This document shows positions 1 to 11,995 of a DNA stretch of 64,000 nt, piece after piece. The notes beneath the pieces were generated by a model, which was not told the origin of the DNA, made no database searches, and worked only from the letters and a program-made list of their open reading frames with translations. Positions within the stretch are counted from its first letter, which is position 1. Every line of letters starts with the position of its first letter. The stretch covers positions 1-64,000 of the forward strand of contig JBPPKV010000064.1 of NCBI GenBank assembly GCA_051294905.1, in the 5' to 3' direction. The translations under genes were made by a program, and so were the position numbers. This DNA is from Botryllus schlosseri (Eukaryota).

Positions 1-1994
1 TGCGGACTATTTTTATGTGCAACATGAAATGCCAATGAAAATCATAGTGTTTTCATTCCAAAGTCAATATAATTTTGTCGCATTATCGATAATAGCATAA
101 TACCACTTAAAATGTGATGTAATGCCGATGATTGTTGTTACGTCACAACGTTGCTGTATTTCTGTTACATTTCTATATTGTAAAACATATCAGTTGCATC
201 TAGGTTGGATATTAACTTGAGGTAACCTATACTCGGACTACGTATAATCAAGTGGTTATGATGTTAGAAAACCTCTATTTCTGCTTGACAATATACATTG
301 TGTTAGGCAAAAATAGGTCTTGAATACTTACTTTTTTACTTACTTTGACTGCATCGCGAAAACGCATCTTGCGATCTTCTTCCCCTCTGCAACTGAGTAG
401 AAACGGGAAACGAGGTTGAGTGTCAAACTCCTTGCGTCGCAGGCCAGATTCAAACCTTCTCATCGCTCGCGGGCCGGTGCAATCAAAAGATTTCAAATTG
501 TTGCCTGAGAAACCGTGCCCATGTTTCCATATGAATACTTTCTTATCAATCCTGTGTACGTGATAGTAGGTTACATTATATTGCGGATGACAGGGGTTCG
601 ATTCTGGTAACACCTTAATTTGCAAATAATCGATTTAGCAGAAGTACGATGATTAACCGGTTCAATTCAGTTAAAGCAGTGACTGTAACCAGCGTGTACA
701 GTGTACATGTACTCTTCACGCTGCTCTAACGACGACATAAGCTTGTTTTAGTTGTAATCTGACGTTATAGCCCTATAGTTTGGGTTTTATGCATTGAGAG
801 TAATACAAGAGATTTATAACTCTAATATACGCGTACGTGGAATTTGGTTCATCAGTATTAATTCGCGATTCGGGTTGATGTGGAGGCCGGGGACCTTTTG
901 AGTCAAAACTGATACAGAGGGGCAACAATCCTAACTTCGTAAATATCTCATTCTCAATGTAGCTTGCGTATAAACGGTTTCGCCTTGTCCTTTTCGCTTC
1001 TAAATTAAGAACATATACCGCTGTCGGTTGGTTATGATGCGGCCTATAAAGGAGGATTATTTATGGAAGTATTGGAGGAATATTTAATGGAAGTATTTCT
1101 AACTAAAAATTTAAACATGTGATAGAAATGTGATGGGCAATATAAATATTTTCCAATATACTCAGAATTGCTTCGCGGGCAAGCTTGAAGGCGGACCAAA
1201 ATTATTTCGTGAATTATTAACATAAATTATATAGTGTTTTTAAAAAAAAATGGGATGATGTCAAATATCTTGATTATTAGGTACCCTTCCTCCAAGAAAA
1301 AATTCGCATGATTTGTAGAAACGGGAATTTTAGCATTGGCCATTACCGCACCACGACGCACCAATACATATAAAGTTTTAGGCCATGTAACATGCCAATC
1401 CGAGAAGTGTGCCAAAATTATAGGCAGGGAGACAATGTTGGCCGAAAAGAACTGCCCTTATGCCGACCCAAAATTTCGATATATTTAATTTTTCAATTGT
1501 ACATAGGCGCTTAAATGGCTGTGGCCGAGTCTTTCTGTCCTGTCAGTCAATCTGAACCTCCCAAGACAAATGCCATCCAGCAGAAAAAAATTATTCGACA
1601 TCGCAGAAATGCCAATTTGAAATCGTGTGTGTCATTTAGTTTAGTACGTTTGGGTGATTTAAATATCTTTTGACATGACAGGATGTCATGAAATAACATC
1701 ATGTAACGAAGTCATTATACAACGGCTCCACCCGAATATGTTTATTGTTTAATGATTACGCTGCTCAACACACATTTTGATGCCAAGAAAGTGCCAATGG
1801 TTTTAGGCTATTTTTAATTCGCTGAATTCCAAAATGACACTAATTTTTCCGAATTCGCTCTATTTTGACAGATATTGCATATTCTTGTTCCGAAAAGTTC
1901 TAAAAACTGCTAAAAATACGCAAATTTTGACATAGCCATGGAGATGCACAATGCACACATGGCTATAATATAGAGATTTCTTTTGCAGCCATGA

Positions 1995-2790
1995 TCAAGG
2001 ATTTAGAAGTAGACAACCATAGGCTAACTCATCCAATCTGTGGAAATAGCGTTTTCGTAATTTAATGAGCTGTTCTTCTTCAGAGGAATTGCTTGATTCA
2101 CTGCTTCCAAATGACTCAACTATACAATATACACATGCATCTAAAGTCTTGAACAACAAATCCCGAGAAGTAATATTGCATTGCAAGTTCAAGTCTAGAC
2201 AGCGGAGTGATTGTTTGTTTATTAGCTTATTCATTTGGTGCGTGAAACGAAATAAAGGCTTACTCCGATACAAAACAAATCAATCATGACATAGCAATTA
2301 CCCAACTTATCGCCAATGGCGTAACTGATTCCATTGTAATGGTGACATGTGCAGCGTTTTATAGGGTAACCTGACAATTTAGTCAGTGAATGGCTGGAAT
2401 CCGGAAAAAGTTATTTTTGAACAGCCCTAGTGCTTATGCATCAGCCATGAAGCAGAGCGCTTCCAGGTCGCAAATGCTAGCATGCATACCTCATTTTAGA
2501 ACATTATGAATCTTTAGGCCTACTCCAAAATTACAAAAAATATTAGCGGCATACCCGATAAGCTGTGGCGGCGCAACGCTAATGTGTCGCCACACAGTTT
2601 GGGAATCGCTGATGAAGAAACAAATCCAGAGAGCATAAAGTACGGATTCATCGCAATCGAATATTGAGAACAATATTGGACTAAGTGTGTGATTTATTGA
2701 AAATCCTTTCCACCCTGCATGCTGAGACGGTACATTGATCCGAGCCTCACAGAAAGAACAATAAAGATCCATGTATCAAGGCTTCTAGTC
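1995..2790 (-). mobile_element. Possible decayed DNA-transposase remnant (CACTA/EnSpm-like C-terminal half)
   Basis: Broken minus-strand frames give, in order, ...GWKG..., YALWICF, KIHNVL and NGISYAIGDKLGNCYVMI. This loosely follows my recollection of the WK..E / H.L.H / C-terminal layout of animal EnSpm transposases. Stops and frameshifts are present and no TIR was identified. Confidence 0.3.
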
Positions 2791-3120
2791 CTGTGTTTGT
2801 TTGTTTGTTCGTTTGTGATATTCATGGTGTTTGTCGACTGCTCTGTATAGGGTTACCATACGTGCTATTTTAAGAGGATTTGTCAAAATCTGTTCAAATA
2901 TAGGGTAAAATTGGGGGGAGATACAGTAAATCAGCACTTAAGTAACGATCCGGCAGGTATTTCGGGAGCTGAGCCGGTAAGCTGACTATGTTTTAGTTAG
3001 CCGACCACGAAGTGGGAAAAATTTACCAAATTTTCAGGATTTTCCTCCGTATTGCAAGTCGGAAAATTTCGAAAAAGTGTCCTACTTTCAGATTTCTAAA
3101 ATACGGTAATCCTACGGCTA

Positions 3121-3290
3121 TGGTCATTGGTCAATGGTCATTGACACCAGGCCGATATTCTTCATTTTTATTCCGTAGCGGCCGATTTGTAGCACGGCCC
3201 ACTTCTGACCTTTCTATAAGACACCACCTACGCGGATGAGATGGCGAGGAGGAGCATGGATAAACCTCCAATACTTAGGTAGGAATTCTC
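3121..3290 (-). mobile_element. SINE family B body/tail fragment
   Basis: Shares the body 'acaccaggccgatattcttcat...gcacggcccacttct...taagacacca' with 33580-33750 and, reverse-complemented, with 49780-49925. Tail of tgacca(t) repeats. Confidence 0.6.
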
Positions 3291-3970
3291 GGTCTTTTAT
3301 ATACTGTAGTTAGAAAGCCCTAGAACCGCAATCGTATAATTCAGACTGGACATGATCTCCTATGTGCTGTGACTGATGTTATGCATTGCATATAGACAAG
3401 CTTATACAGAAGAAACAGTTGCATCTGTTATATTAAATTGTGTTTTCCTGGTATTCATTGGTGGAATTGGTATGGTAGTTATAAATAAATTGGCATAATA
3501 ATCGCCTTGAGACTGCTAGAAATTATTCATCCGCGGTGGTGTGGAGAGAAGTGATCCACATGCCGTAGTTTACGCATTTCACTATTTCAGTCAAAATCCC
3601 TTACGATTATTTTGAAATACTGAAAATCAAAAACTTTGTAATAAGAATATTGTCATCAAAGTCATCTATGAAGAATTAAGATGCACTTGAGTAACTCCAG
3701 ATATCTTAACTCCGGTTCCGGATGTTCTGACCACTGAGCTATATAAACAGGCACATGGGTGTGGTGTGGTTATTTCTTGTTTCGAGGCTATATCACTTTT
3801 CTATTGCACAGAGGTAGTTGATGTAACGGCGACTGTACGATTATCGACTAATACCTGGATACACCTGGAACTGCACGACTCTCGACATTCGATAGTATAA
3901 CGTACGTGGTGAAGCAAATCTGTCTTAAAGATGGCGTCCTGTCGAGGAAGTGTAATTCGGTTTGTCACCA

Positions 3971-5224
3971 GGTTGCCGGTAAACTCGGCACTTGGTGAAT
4001 TCGGCCGGACGAACTCGGCACTTGGTGAATTCGGCCATTGGTGAACTCGGCCATCGGGAAATTTTGTAATAAAGTGTATTAACAGCTATTAATATGAATT
4101 ATTGAACGAAGAATAGTCTTATCAAGTGATTGGCAATCTTGTAAGGAGGTCAGGGCATGCGTGGATCACGCAGTCACGGTGTGGTTAGATCACGTGATCA
4201 CGGATTGCGCAAGCGCGGGAGATAACGCGACGTTCGCACATCGACCACGCGTGGTCGGCTCGGTGTTGATTTGACTTGGCGTGGGACGGACGGACGACTT
4301 TTGAGAAGATGGATATCTGTGTTTTATGTAATAACGAAGTTATAAAGGATCACCAATAAACGTTTCCCACGAACACGAACAAAAATTTATAAACTAAAAA
4401 TAAATTTTTTTTTGTGCCTTTGGAGAGACGGATATTAGGGTTGGGGTGGGAGTATTAGGGTTGGGGAAAGAGGGATATTCATATTAGGTTTGGGGTTAGG
4501 GGGATATTAGGGTTTGGGGAAAGGGAGATTGGAGGTGGGTTAGGGTATCCCAAGATTAGGGTTGGGGATGTTAGGGAAGGGGAGATACTAGGTTGGGGGA
4601 TTGGAGGTGGGTTAGGGTATCCCATGAGTTGGGTTTGGGGATTGGAGGTGGGTTAGGTTATCCCAAGATTAGGGTTGGGGGAAAGGGGGGTTGGAGGTGG
4701 GTTAGGGTATCGCAAGATTAGGATGTGGGGATGTTAGGGAAGGGGGGATATTAGGTTGGGGGAAAGTGGGTTAGGGTATCCCAATATTAGGGAAGGGGGG
4801 ATATTAGGTTGTGGAAAAGGGTGATTGGAGGTGGAGGTGGGTTAGGGTATCCCAAGATTAGGGTTGGGGGATGTTAGGTAAGGGGGGATATTAGGTTGGG
4901 GTAAATGTGGATATTAGGGGAAAGGAGGATTGGAGGTGGGTTAGGATCAAAGTTGGAGTTAGGATATCCCAAGATTAGTGCCGAGTTCACCGGCAAACAT
5001 TCCAGTAACCAATCATGGTGACCGGTACCGTTGCGCGATCTATCACGGCACGTGATTCTTCTTTTTCTGAGATATATATTTAATGCATTTTTATTATAAA
5101 ATTTCCCGATGGCCGAATTCACCAATGGCCGAATTAACCAATGGCCGAATTCACCAAGTGCCGAGTTCACCAAGTGCCGAGTTCGTCCGGCCGAATTCAC
5201 CAAGTGCCGAGTTCACTGGTAATC
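3971..5224. mobile_element. Non-autonomous TIR element (foldback/MULE- or hAT-like) with repeat-built TIRs and a G-rich core
   Basis: Long inverted ends made of ggccgaattcaccaa/aactcggcacttggtg units. Exact 8-bp flanking duplication tgtcacca at 3963-3970 and 5225-5232. Confidence 0.85.
4430..4975 (+). repeat. G-rich strand-asymmetric minisatellite with GGTTAGGG/TTAGGG-like motifs
   Basis: Repeated unit ~gattggaggtgggttagggtatcccaagattagggttgggg, with many G3-G6 runs on the + strand. Confidence 0.9.
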
Positions 5225-5490
5225 TGTCACCAAGGTATAGTGCCACATAGTTCAAATTTCAGTGCAAATTCTGTTCTGTATTACCGGCCTGCAACTGGCA
5301 ACTGCTGTTTAAGCACGACAGTTTTAACGGAATATATCATGACGGCCTTCAACTATATAAACTTGATTCTGTGAGAACGTATACGCACACCATTGCTGTC
5401 AGTCGAATTAATAGTATATCTGGTATGACTTTCAGTGAGTAATAGACAAGGAGTGTTACGTGCTTATACTGCCGTGTTTGTGTAGTATCT

Positions 5491-6500
5491 ATATATGACC
5501 ACTGTGATTCTGCCAGAAAATGCTTACGTCATATTTCCGAAATCACTGAGTCATTGTTGTCGCAATGATTCACTTGTGCTAAAATCAAATATTATAACCG
5601 GAAAAACAATTTCGCGACAGATTTGGAGTGCAAACTAACTGAAACACACGAGTTTAATCAATAAATGGCGCAAACGGTGTGATCAATACAATATGTCATC
5701 GAAACTTGGAAGGAGTGCTTCATTTAACAACCGCCAGGTAGTACTTATGGCATCTAAATTTTCAGCCGTTACGTAATCTACGTAGGCGGACCTATTTCGA
5801 TTCTCGCCTGTAGCCGAACTTATAAATTGCGGCATTACAGTCGACCTATACCAAACACGAACGTGACGTTGATCGCAATAATCGTAATCATTTATATTCT
5901 GATGTGCTCAAGACACATAGTTTGCAATGCGATGTAGTTAACCGGCAAGAAGATGTTGCATTTACCTATTATGGTATTTTAATCAAACAACGACTAAAGC
6001 CAATTGGCCGATGTAACAGTGTGGGATAGGCTGTCTTCGTTAAACGTTATTATTTGTTTTTTTTTTCTGCTCGATATCACATATAATCTTTTGTGGAGTG
6101 TTTCATCGGGCGTCTTGACGCCGTAAGAAATAGTCAAAAATGGTGGAAGGAACACAAATTAACCTCTGAAGCTTCGGCTACAGGCGAGAATCGAAATAGG
6201 TCCGCCTACGTAGATTACGTAACGGCTGAAAATTTAGATGCCATAAGTACTACCTGGCGGTTGTTAAATGAAGCACTCCTTCCAAGTTTCGATGACATAT
6301 TGTATTGATCACACCGTTTGCGCCATTTATTGATGAAACTCGTGTGTTTCAGTTAGTTTGCACTCCAAATCTGTCGCGAAATTGTTTTTCCGGTTATAAT
6401 ATTTGATTTTAGCACAAGTGAATCATTGCGACAACAATGACTCAGTGATTTCGGAAATATGACGTAAGCATTTTCTGGCAGAATCACAGTGGTTATATAT
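5491..6500. repeat. Near-perfect inverted repeat: 328-bp arms (5491-5818, 6173-6500) around a 354-bp spacer
   Basis: Manual reverse-complement comparison; only about two mismatches seen. Confidence 0.92.
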
Positions 6501-8559
6501 GTACCAGACACAGATATAGTTTATATAGAAATACTGCCTGTCTAAGAGCTTTTTGCTTTGAATTTCTACTGTTAGGTGGTTTACTTCTATCAAATGGAAT
6601 TAATGTTTCAGCCTTGCTGCATGGGTTTAGTACTGTAGGCCATTTGAAGAATTACTGTACTATTTGCACCCCAATTACAGTTTTTGTTGAATCGTTTGGT
6701 ATCAAAATACTGTACGATATCACTGACCTAATGTACAAAATGTCTGTTTTGTGAAATCAGCGCCAATCACTGTAGTGTAGCGGAGCTGCGCTTTGTTTAT
6801 TGTGCAACAGTACAGTATTTGTAATGCATTGTCGGATTTTTGACCCTCTTCCCCCAGTGCGCATTGATGAAATCTCAGCTGCTCCATCTTTTGGCGGGGT
6901 CAAAACCCCGCGACCGATCAACTTATGCAGGTCTGACGCGAATCCGGTATAGTGTGGGCAAGCAAGCAGTTCAGCCTTTGTGGTGGGGGGTTAACCAGTT
7001 ATCCCCGGTGGGTATTGCGGCAACTCGTGGGGATGGAGCTATGGCAGTATGGCACTACTTCATCGGTTGTAGGTGTCAGAACTATTCGACAAAACCATAT
7101 GTTTTTATATTTTGTTGCCTCTTGTGTATAGCGCACTAGTGTAGTGACATATTATTGTATTCAGCGCTCTATAAATTATTATAATGTTGAGATAATTTTG
7201 CAGTGACCTCAAGTGAATCTGTCATCGTATTTGGAAGCTCGCGATTCCAGTTCAGTTAAGGGGAGGGTTAATCTTGACCATCATTTCTTGTGGGACCTCG
7301 ATTAAATTTAGCATAAGTGGAGTTGCAGTGTTGGTATAACTTTTTCATTGTTAAAAATACGGTACATCAAATGGGGTGACTCGGTCACGATTCATCTGTC
7401 ACGTGTGGACTGCAAAATCAAGTGATTTAGTGAATTGGTTCTCAACGTTTTTGGTGTTCGCGGACCCCCTTTGAACACTCATGGAACCCGTGGACTCGAG
7501 ACTCAGACGGCCAAAACTGACATTTTATTGTAATTTCGAAGAATTGTAAGTCAATCGCACTATTGGGAATTCGTCTATTGCAGTGGTTTGCAAACTGGGC
7601 GACGCCCCCCTTAGAGGGCGTGAAAGCGTCTCAAGGGGGGTGCAAAGCTGCGGTCAACTGAAACTTTTTTGTGCGATTTACCTCCAATTCCGGCCTTTTT
7701 CTCTGTACATAGTACGAATATCATATATGAGAATTGTCTCATCATCAGTCATAACCTTCCGTGCCATCAAACTATCCCTAACGATAGCAAGAATTCTGGT
7801 TGCATTTTGTGATATGACGATAAGGGGGTGCAAAATTTTTCACTATCATAAAGGGGGGTGTCTCTGAAAAAGTTTTAGAAACAATCTTCTATTGGTAATG
7901 GTACTTGAAAATGCGACCAGAAACTGCTAAAAATGAGGAATAATAGTAGCCTATATTATAAATGCTAACCATTCGATATCATCAAACAGAGTTATAAAAA
8001 GTGGGGTTTAACAAGATTTCAACTGGAAACTGAGCAGTAAACACATGACTTGGACTCATAATACCACGACTCAGATTCGACCCTCTGTTCGCTGACTTGC
8101 ACTTAAACTTGACTCAGTGGTGAATGGAAAATGACTCGACTTAACTCGATTCAAAACTAAAAAAGTGAGATTGACTCGTGACTCGGATCCTTGCGACTTG
8201 GTTCGGGTAACCGCAACACAATGGCCATAACAATGACCCGTTGCGACTCTCCGATTGTTCGAACAATGCCGATATTTCAGACTTGGAGGACGGACTCTAG
8301 GTGGATCAGTGCGTGATCATTATTTTGATTTATATTGTCGGAATCGGTGCAACAGTAGCTTTCGATCAAGACCAGATTCAATAATTTCTGCGCTCGGGAA
8401 GATAGCTTTTGGATTGCCAGAAATCCTACAGTCGCTTACGCAAAACAATTCCCCACTCCAGCCCCGGCGAAGCGGAACGAACCTGCAAATCCGGTCGTTG
8501 CCGTTCCATGTTTAATTTCTATAATTAGACACTCGCGCGCGGCAATCCTCGCCAATCCG

Positions 8560-11203
8560 TCGCGTCAACGACAGGCCCGAACAATCGCATTGCCAATTTA
8601 TACATATACAAGAGGTCATGTGCGCAAGATCTAATTGCTTGCGTAATCAGTTGCATCTCCAACAGATCTGGTGCACATGACATAACCGTTAGCCTAGGTG
8701 CAATCGCATCTGTAATAGGCATCATGCGCAAGATGTCGGTTCGTTGGCCTAAACTATCTCGCCGCCGGCCTCGTAGGCTTTGGCTGCTATCTACTATCGT
8801 TTAGAGACAATACCGTTAATTGTATAATGATTAGCAATCGCATCTGTAAAAGGTCTCCTCGTGCTCAAAATGTCGTGTCGCTAGCCTGAAATATCGCGCC
8901 GCCCGCCTCGCAGGCTCTGGCTGCTATTTACACTCGTTTAAAGACAATCCCGCTAATTGTATAATGATTAGCGATCGTTGTGTAATGATAGTTCAAGAGT
9001 GACATCGCAAAACAGAATGACATCGTATATGAAATCGGAACTAATCGTGTACTGAAACGCAGGGTGCGTACTATACATGGGTACAGGCTTTTTCCCAGAA
9101 TTTGCATGCTATTTTAGGGGTGCGTATTATACATGGGGGCGTACTATACTTGGAAAATTACGGTAGGCCTCGTACGCAAGATGTTGCTGGCCTGAACTAT
9201 CGCGCCGCGTGCCTCACAGGCTTTGGCTGCTATCTCCTATCGTTTAGAGCAGTGCTTTTCAACCTGTGTGACGGTTCGCACTGGTGCGAATGAAAAAAAT
9301 TGCAGTGCGAATGACGAAGGTGGTGCGAATAGTGCGAATGAAAAATCCGGATGAGTGCGAATGAAAATCGTAAATAATTGTTCATTTTTCTGACGCGGAA
9401 TAATTCGAATAAAGCTAATAGGAAATTCAAGGGCAGTGTGACTGTTGTAGTTGAGACGCAATTGTAAATAAATGTTTACCTTGACGCACCATAGCAGCTC
9501 TCACAAGCCGTAGTGAATTAATGTTTCGCACTATAATTATTACGTAACCAAAAGCCAGGCTTGGAAGTCGGTGTAGTTACAGACGTACAGTGTATCAGCC
9601 CGTCTAAGCCAGCGACAGGCTGGAAAAATGAAGTCAAATTGATTATTTGCGTTCTTTCGCTAAACGATCATCATTCTCGCAACAACCGCTCGATCAGCGC
9701 GAGGCCCGAGGACAGTACTAAATTCCATCATTACAGACTCACATTTGCAAGTTTATGTAACCGTAACGCAAGTTTTACCCCTTCGAGGGTTATTAAAGTA
9801 TGGAACGCATGGGTATAATCTTGGGTCGACGCGCTGCAAAAGCTATCTGTTAATTTGTATGTGAAATTTGTTGAATTTACTGCAAAAAACCCTCCGATAG
9901 TTTTTACATATCCAAGGTCATTGTGTAGGGTACTGTAGTTAATAAGCGAAACACGCATAATTTATGGCTGGATCATCAGAATCAGCCGACCTTTGGTTTG
10001 AATTCATGATAAGATTTGTCCGAATGTTTTTTCTTGAAAACATGGACGAAGACCGTTGGGATGAACTAGTGTAGGGGTGTGCAACGAGCGAGTTCAGGCC
10101 TATGAGACTAATTCATTTCGAGACCAACCCCTTCTGCGTTTTGGCTAACACACCGCTGATAAAATGCGGTGCCGCTGATAAAATACGAGGCCAAAAACAT
10201 CAGCGGTGACAAAACCTTGGCCAAAATTGACTGACGCTGGATGACCAAACCTTTCAATATATAAATGCTCCGTTTTCGACACGGAATAGTCCCGTTCCTG
10301 CTATCTGAGTAGACAGCAGCACAAACGCCACACGCATAGGAATTTACTTCACCCAAATTTGAAATAGCCGAACAAACGGTATCCTGACTTTATTTGCTCT
10401 TCTCATATACTCGCGAGACAGAAAATGGGAAATCGAAAACAAAAAACAGAACTCAAGTTGGAGCAACGTATCATAAAGGTAGCGAGCTCTAATGTGCCTA
10501 CTCTGCTTGATGGTATTTGACTTTATTTCCCAAGACATCAGGCACAAGCCTCAACACAAACATGTGGATTTTTCATCCTTTCTACAAACTGCAGCTTCCG
10601 GGACCTTTGTATCATCTCTTAAAAACGATTTCTGCCAGCAAGCGTTTTTCACTCGCAGAAAATACGCTGTAATTTGGATAGGAGTGTAAAACAGTTCTTC
10701 AGACCTGGCCATCCAAGCAATATGGTAGTCACAATTGTACAATATCCAACAACCTGTTTGACTGAAAATCGTATCATTAGGGAAATTAGCCTTTTTATTG
10801 AGACACTTCATGGCCTGAAATCTGTATAGTAGCCAATTTGTTGCACCTCTGAACAGAATATTCTTATGTATCTTCATCTTCTATCTGTATAGCAATTTTC
10901 GGTTGGCTTGTGCGAATGAAATTTATTTTCAAAAAAAAGTGCGAATGAAGCTCAAAAAGGTTGAAAAGCACTGGTTTAGAGACAATGCCGTTAAGTGTTT
11001 AATGATTAGCGTTGTTATGTCATGATTGTTCAACAGTGACACCGCTTAATAGAATGACGTCTAATACTAAAACTTAATTACTCGTCTACTACGAATGCAT
11101 GGTGCGTACTATACATGTGTACCAGCTTTTTCGCAGAAACTACACGCCATTTTAAGGGTGCGTATTATACATGGGGGCGTATTATACACAGAACATTACG
11201 GTA
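8560..11203. mobile_element. Tc2/pogo-like non-autonomous element with ~135-bp internal repeats and a duplicated right end, interrupted by a hAT
   Basis: Right ends '...gcgtattatacatgggggcgta(c/t)tatac...ttacggta' finish at 9165 and 11203. The aatcgcatctgtaa unit recurs at 8702 and 8836. A homologous copy lies at ~27340-27850. Confidence 0.55.
9250..10973. mobile_element. Non-autonomous hAT element
   Basis: TIR cagtgcttttcaacct / aggttgaaaagcactg; perfect 8-bp TSD gtttagag at 9242-9249 and 10974-10981. Confidence 0.9.
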
Positions 11204-11995
11204 GCCTATATTGTTTATATTCATTAAAAAATCTGTTTATCAATTTTGGTGCTATATTTATTGATATCATCATTTCAAGATATGCAGTTGTAGAATTCGC
11301 TTTAAAATAATAGAAGTCTACCCAATCTATTCATAACTAGTAATACCAGTATGTTATTTTCAAGAAAAGTCATTTTGTTGCTGTTTAAAACTATAGCCTA
11401 CACAAGACAGATGAGGGTTGCACCATAGTTGAGCTAAATTTGCACGTAACGGTTCAAATGAGGTCTGTGAAGACATAAAAGTTGAAAACCTCTGAAACAG
11501 AGTATTTTGGTGAGGAACTCTTCAATTTTAAATTATAATCGCGCTTTCCAAATTGGCTTAAAATCATAGCTAACATTTATATTCGATTAGAATTAGAATT
11601 ATAGTTACCGTTACACAAGTAGCCTACTCACTAATTTGATTAGAATTAGAATTACTAAATTAACAAAAGAAATACAACAAAATCAAGTTCAGGTCATATA
11701 AATATTTGACTTGTTTCCCACTATACAGTTTTTATAACATTTCTGGAAAGCCAGAAATTAGATTAGAATTAAAATTAAAGAAACAAGTCATCATCAGATA
11801 ACAATTAGACCGTCACAACCATCATTTTGAAAAAAAATTCATCAAATCAAAGCGGTGTTTCAATCTAATTATATAATGGAAAGTTGTTCAAGGCTGGTAC
11901 TGAGACTTTCGGCTGGAAGTGTTAACGGAAATATGACCCATATTGTGTCCATTTTCATGATTTTATCGATTTGAATTTGTTTTCATGATTTTTAG

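Noticed and set aside
4430-4975. Interstitial telomere
   Set aside because: The TTAGGG motifs are embedded in a longer composite unit inside a TSD-flanked element; there is no pure (TTAGGG)n tract.
4874-5374. ORFs of 109 and 77 aa
   Set aside because: They are translations of the TIR repeats of the 3971-5224 element.
8281-8400. Possible third (Y0) copy of the duplicated exon, starting ttcag|acttgga
   Set aside because: The matching frame has TAG and TAA stops, there is no GT donor, and similarity is weak. At most a decayed relic.
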